A stretch of DNA of 64,000 bases from an uncultured beta proteobacterium. GTDB lineage: Bacteria > Pseudomonadota > Gammaproteobacteria > Burkholderiales > Rhodocyclaceae. Position 1 is the first letter of the stretch; the number at the start of each line of letters is the position of its first letter. Below, piece after piece: positions 63,480 to 64,000 of the stretch. Under the pieces are notes generated by a model. The model ran no database searches, was not told where the DNA came from, and saw nothing but the letters and a program-made list of their open reading frames with translations. Where the stretch lies: assembly GCA_963736865.1 (NCBI GenBank), contig CAVTQQ010000001.1, positions 170,821 through 234,820 on the forward strand. Reading direction: 5' to 3'. The position numbers were made by a program, and so were the translations under genes.

Positions 63480-64000
63480 TCAGAGGGGGATGTTGCCGTG
63501 CTTCTTGGTCGGCCGCAGTTCGCGCTTGTTGAGCGTCTTGCGCAGGGAGAGCGCCAGCACGCCGCGCGTTTCAGCCGGTTCGATGACGTCCGTGATGTAG
63601 CCGTGCCCGGCGGACAGATAGGGCGAGGCGAATTCGGCCCGGTAACGCGCCACCAGCTCGGCCTTCTTGCCGGCGCGATCCTCCGCCTCGGCCAGTTCCT
63701 TGCGGTAGAGGATGTTCACCGCCCCTTCGGCCCCCATCACGGCAATCTCCGCATTGGGCCAGGCATAGACGAAATCGGCGCCCATCTCCTGGCTGCACAT
63801 GGCCAGGTAGGAGCCGCCGTAGGCCTTGCGCAGGATGATGGTCACTTTCGGCGTGGTGCAGGAGGCGTAGGCGAACAACAACTTGGCGCCGTGGCGGATG
63901 ATGCCGCTTCGTTCCTGCTCGACGCCGGGCAGAAAACCCGGCACGTCCACCAGGGTGACGAGGGGGATGTTGAAGACGTTGCACAGGCGTATGAAGCGGG
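63480..64000 (-). CDS. Acyl-CoA carboxyltransferase (methylmalonyl-/glutaconyl-CoA decarboxylase alpha type), N-terminus beyond the window
   Basis: The C-terminal 170 aa include VDVPGFLPGVEQERSGIIRHGAKLL and RKAYGGSYLAM. The frame is open to the window edge. Confidence 0.85.
   Translation of the reverse strand, partial: RFIRLCNVFNIPLVTLVDVPGFLPGVEQERSGIIRHGAKLLFAYASCTTPKVTIILRKAYGGSYLAMCSQEMGADFVYAWPNAEIAVMGAEGAVNILYRKELAEAEDRAGKKAELVARYRAEFASPYLSAGHGYITDVIEPAETRGVLALSLRKTLNKRELRPTKKHGNIPL

Overview
High-GC proteobacterial chromosome segment centred on the replication origin. The gene order looks beta-proteobacterial, but the taxon is inference only.

- 1-16.96 kb, all on the minus strand: atpH-F-E-B-I, a CBS protein, parB-parA-rsmG-mnmG, two parS sites, a liv-type branched-chain amino-acid ABC transporter, a TSUP permease, and mnmE-yidC-yidD-rnpA-rpmH.
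- 17.2-22.4 kb, plus strand: dnaA-dnaN-gyrB, with DnaA boxes in both spacers flanking dnaA.
- 22.4-36.8 kb: a translationally coupled aryl-polyene/xanthomonadin-type lipid-pigment cluster. It has 2 ACPs, 2 KS plus a CLF-like partner, 2 hotdog dehydratases, a ketoreductase, an AMP-ligase, an LPLAT acyltransferase, a LolA-like protein, an MMPL exporter, a deacetylase and methyltransferases. At 32.3-33.7 kb it is interrupted by a truncated ICMT-like gene, an AT-rich spacer with palindromes, and an Ala/Lys/Pro-rich single-TM protein.
- 36.9-64 kb: mixed accessory genes. These are two VapBC modules, a PlsC-like acyltransferase, a hybrid histidine kinase, a SulP-STAS-cNMP transporter, a sigma54-promoted FG-GAP PEP-CTERM protein, an NhaR-like LysR regulator, HPF, a TerB-like protein, BI-1/YccA, an AI-2E transporter, CorC, a PHB-depolymerase-family esterase, an FAD oxidoreductase, a barrel-OmpA-cadherin protein, a SAM methyltransferase, a GGDEF protein, a CPA2 antiporter and a Na+-translocating acyl-CoA decarboxylase operon. 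TerC and NaChBac-type channel remnants are also present.

Key technical observation: at least about 27 single-nucleotide frameshifts interrupt otherwise well-conserved genes, including essential dnaN, gyrB, yidC and mnmG. Two of the three I resolved to the base lie in G/C runs of 6-8 nt and the third in a 3-nt run. I read these as assembly or sequencing indels, not biology.

I found no rRNA or tRNA, no CRISPR array, no transposase or integrase, and no recognisable phage-defence operon. I cannot defend any element here as a wholly new system. The best follow-up candidates are listed under findings.
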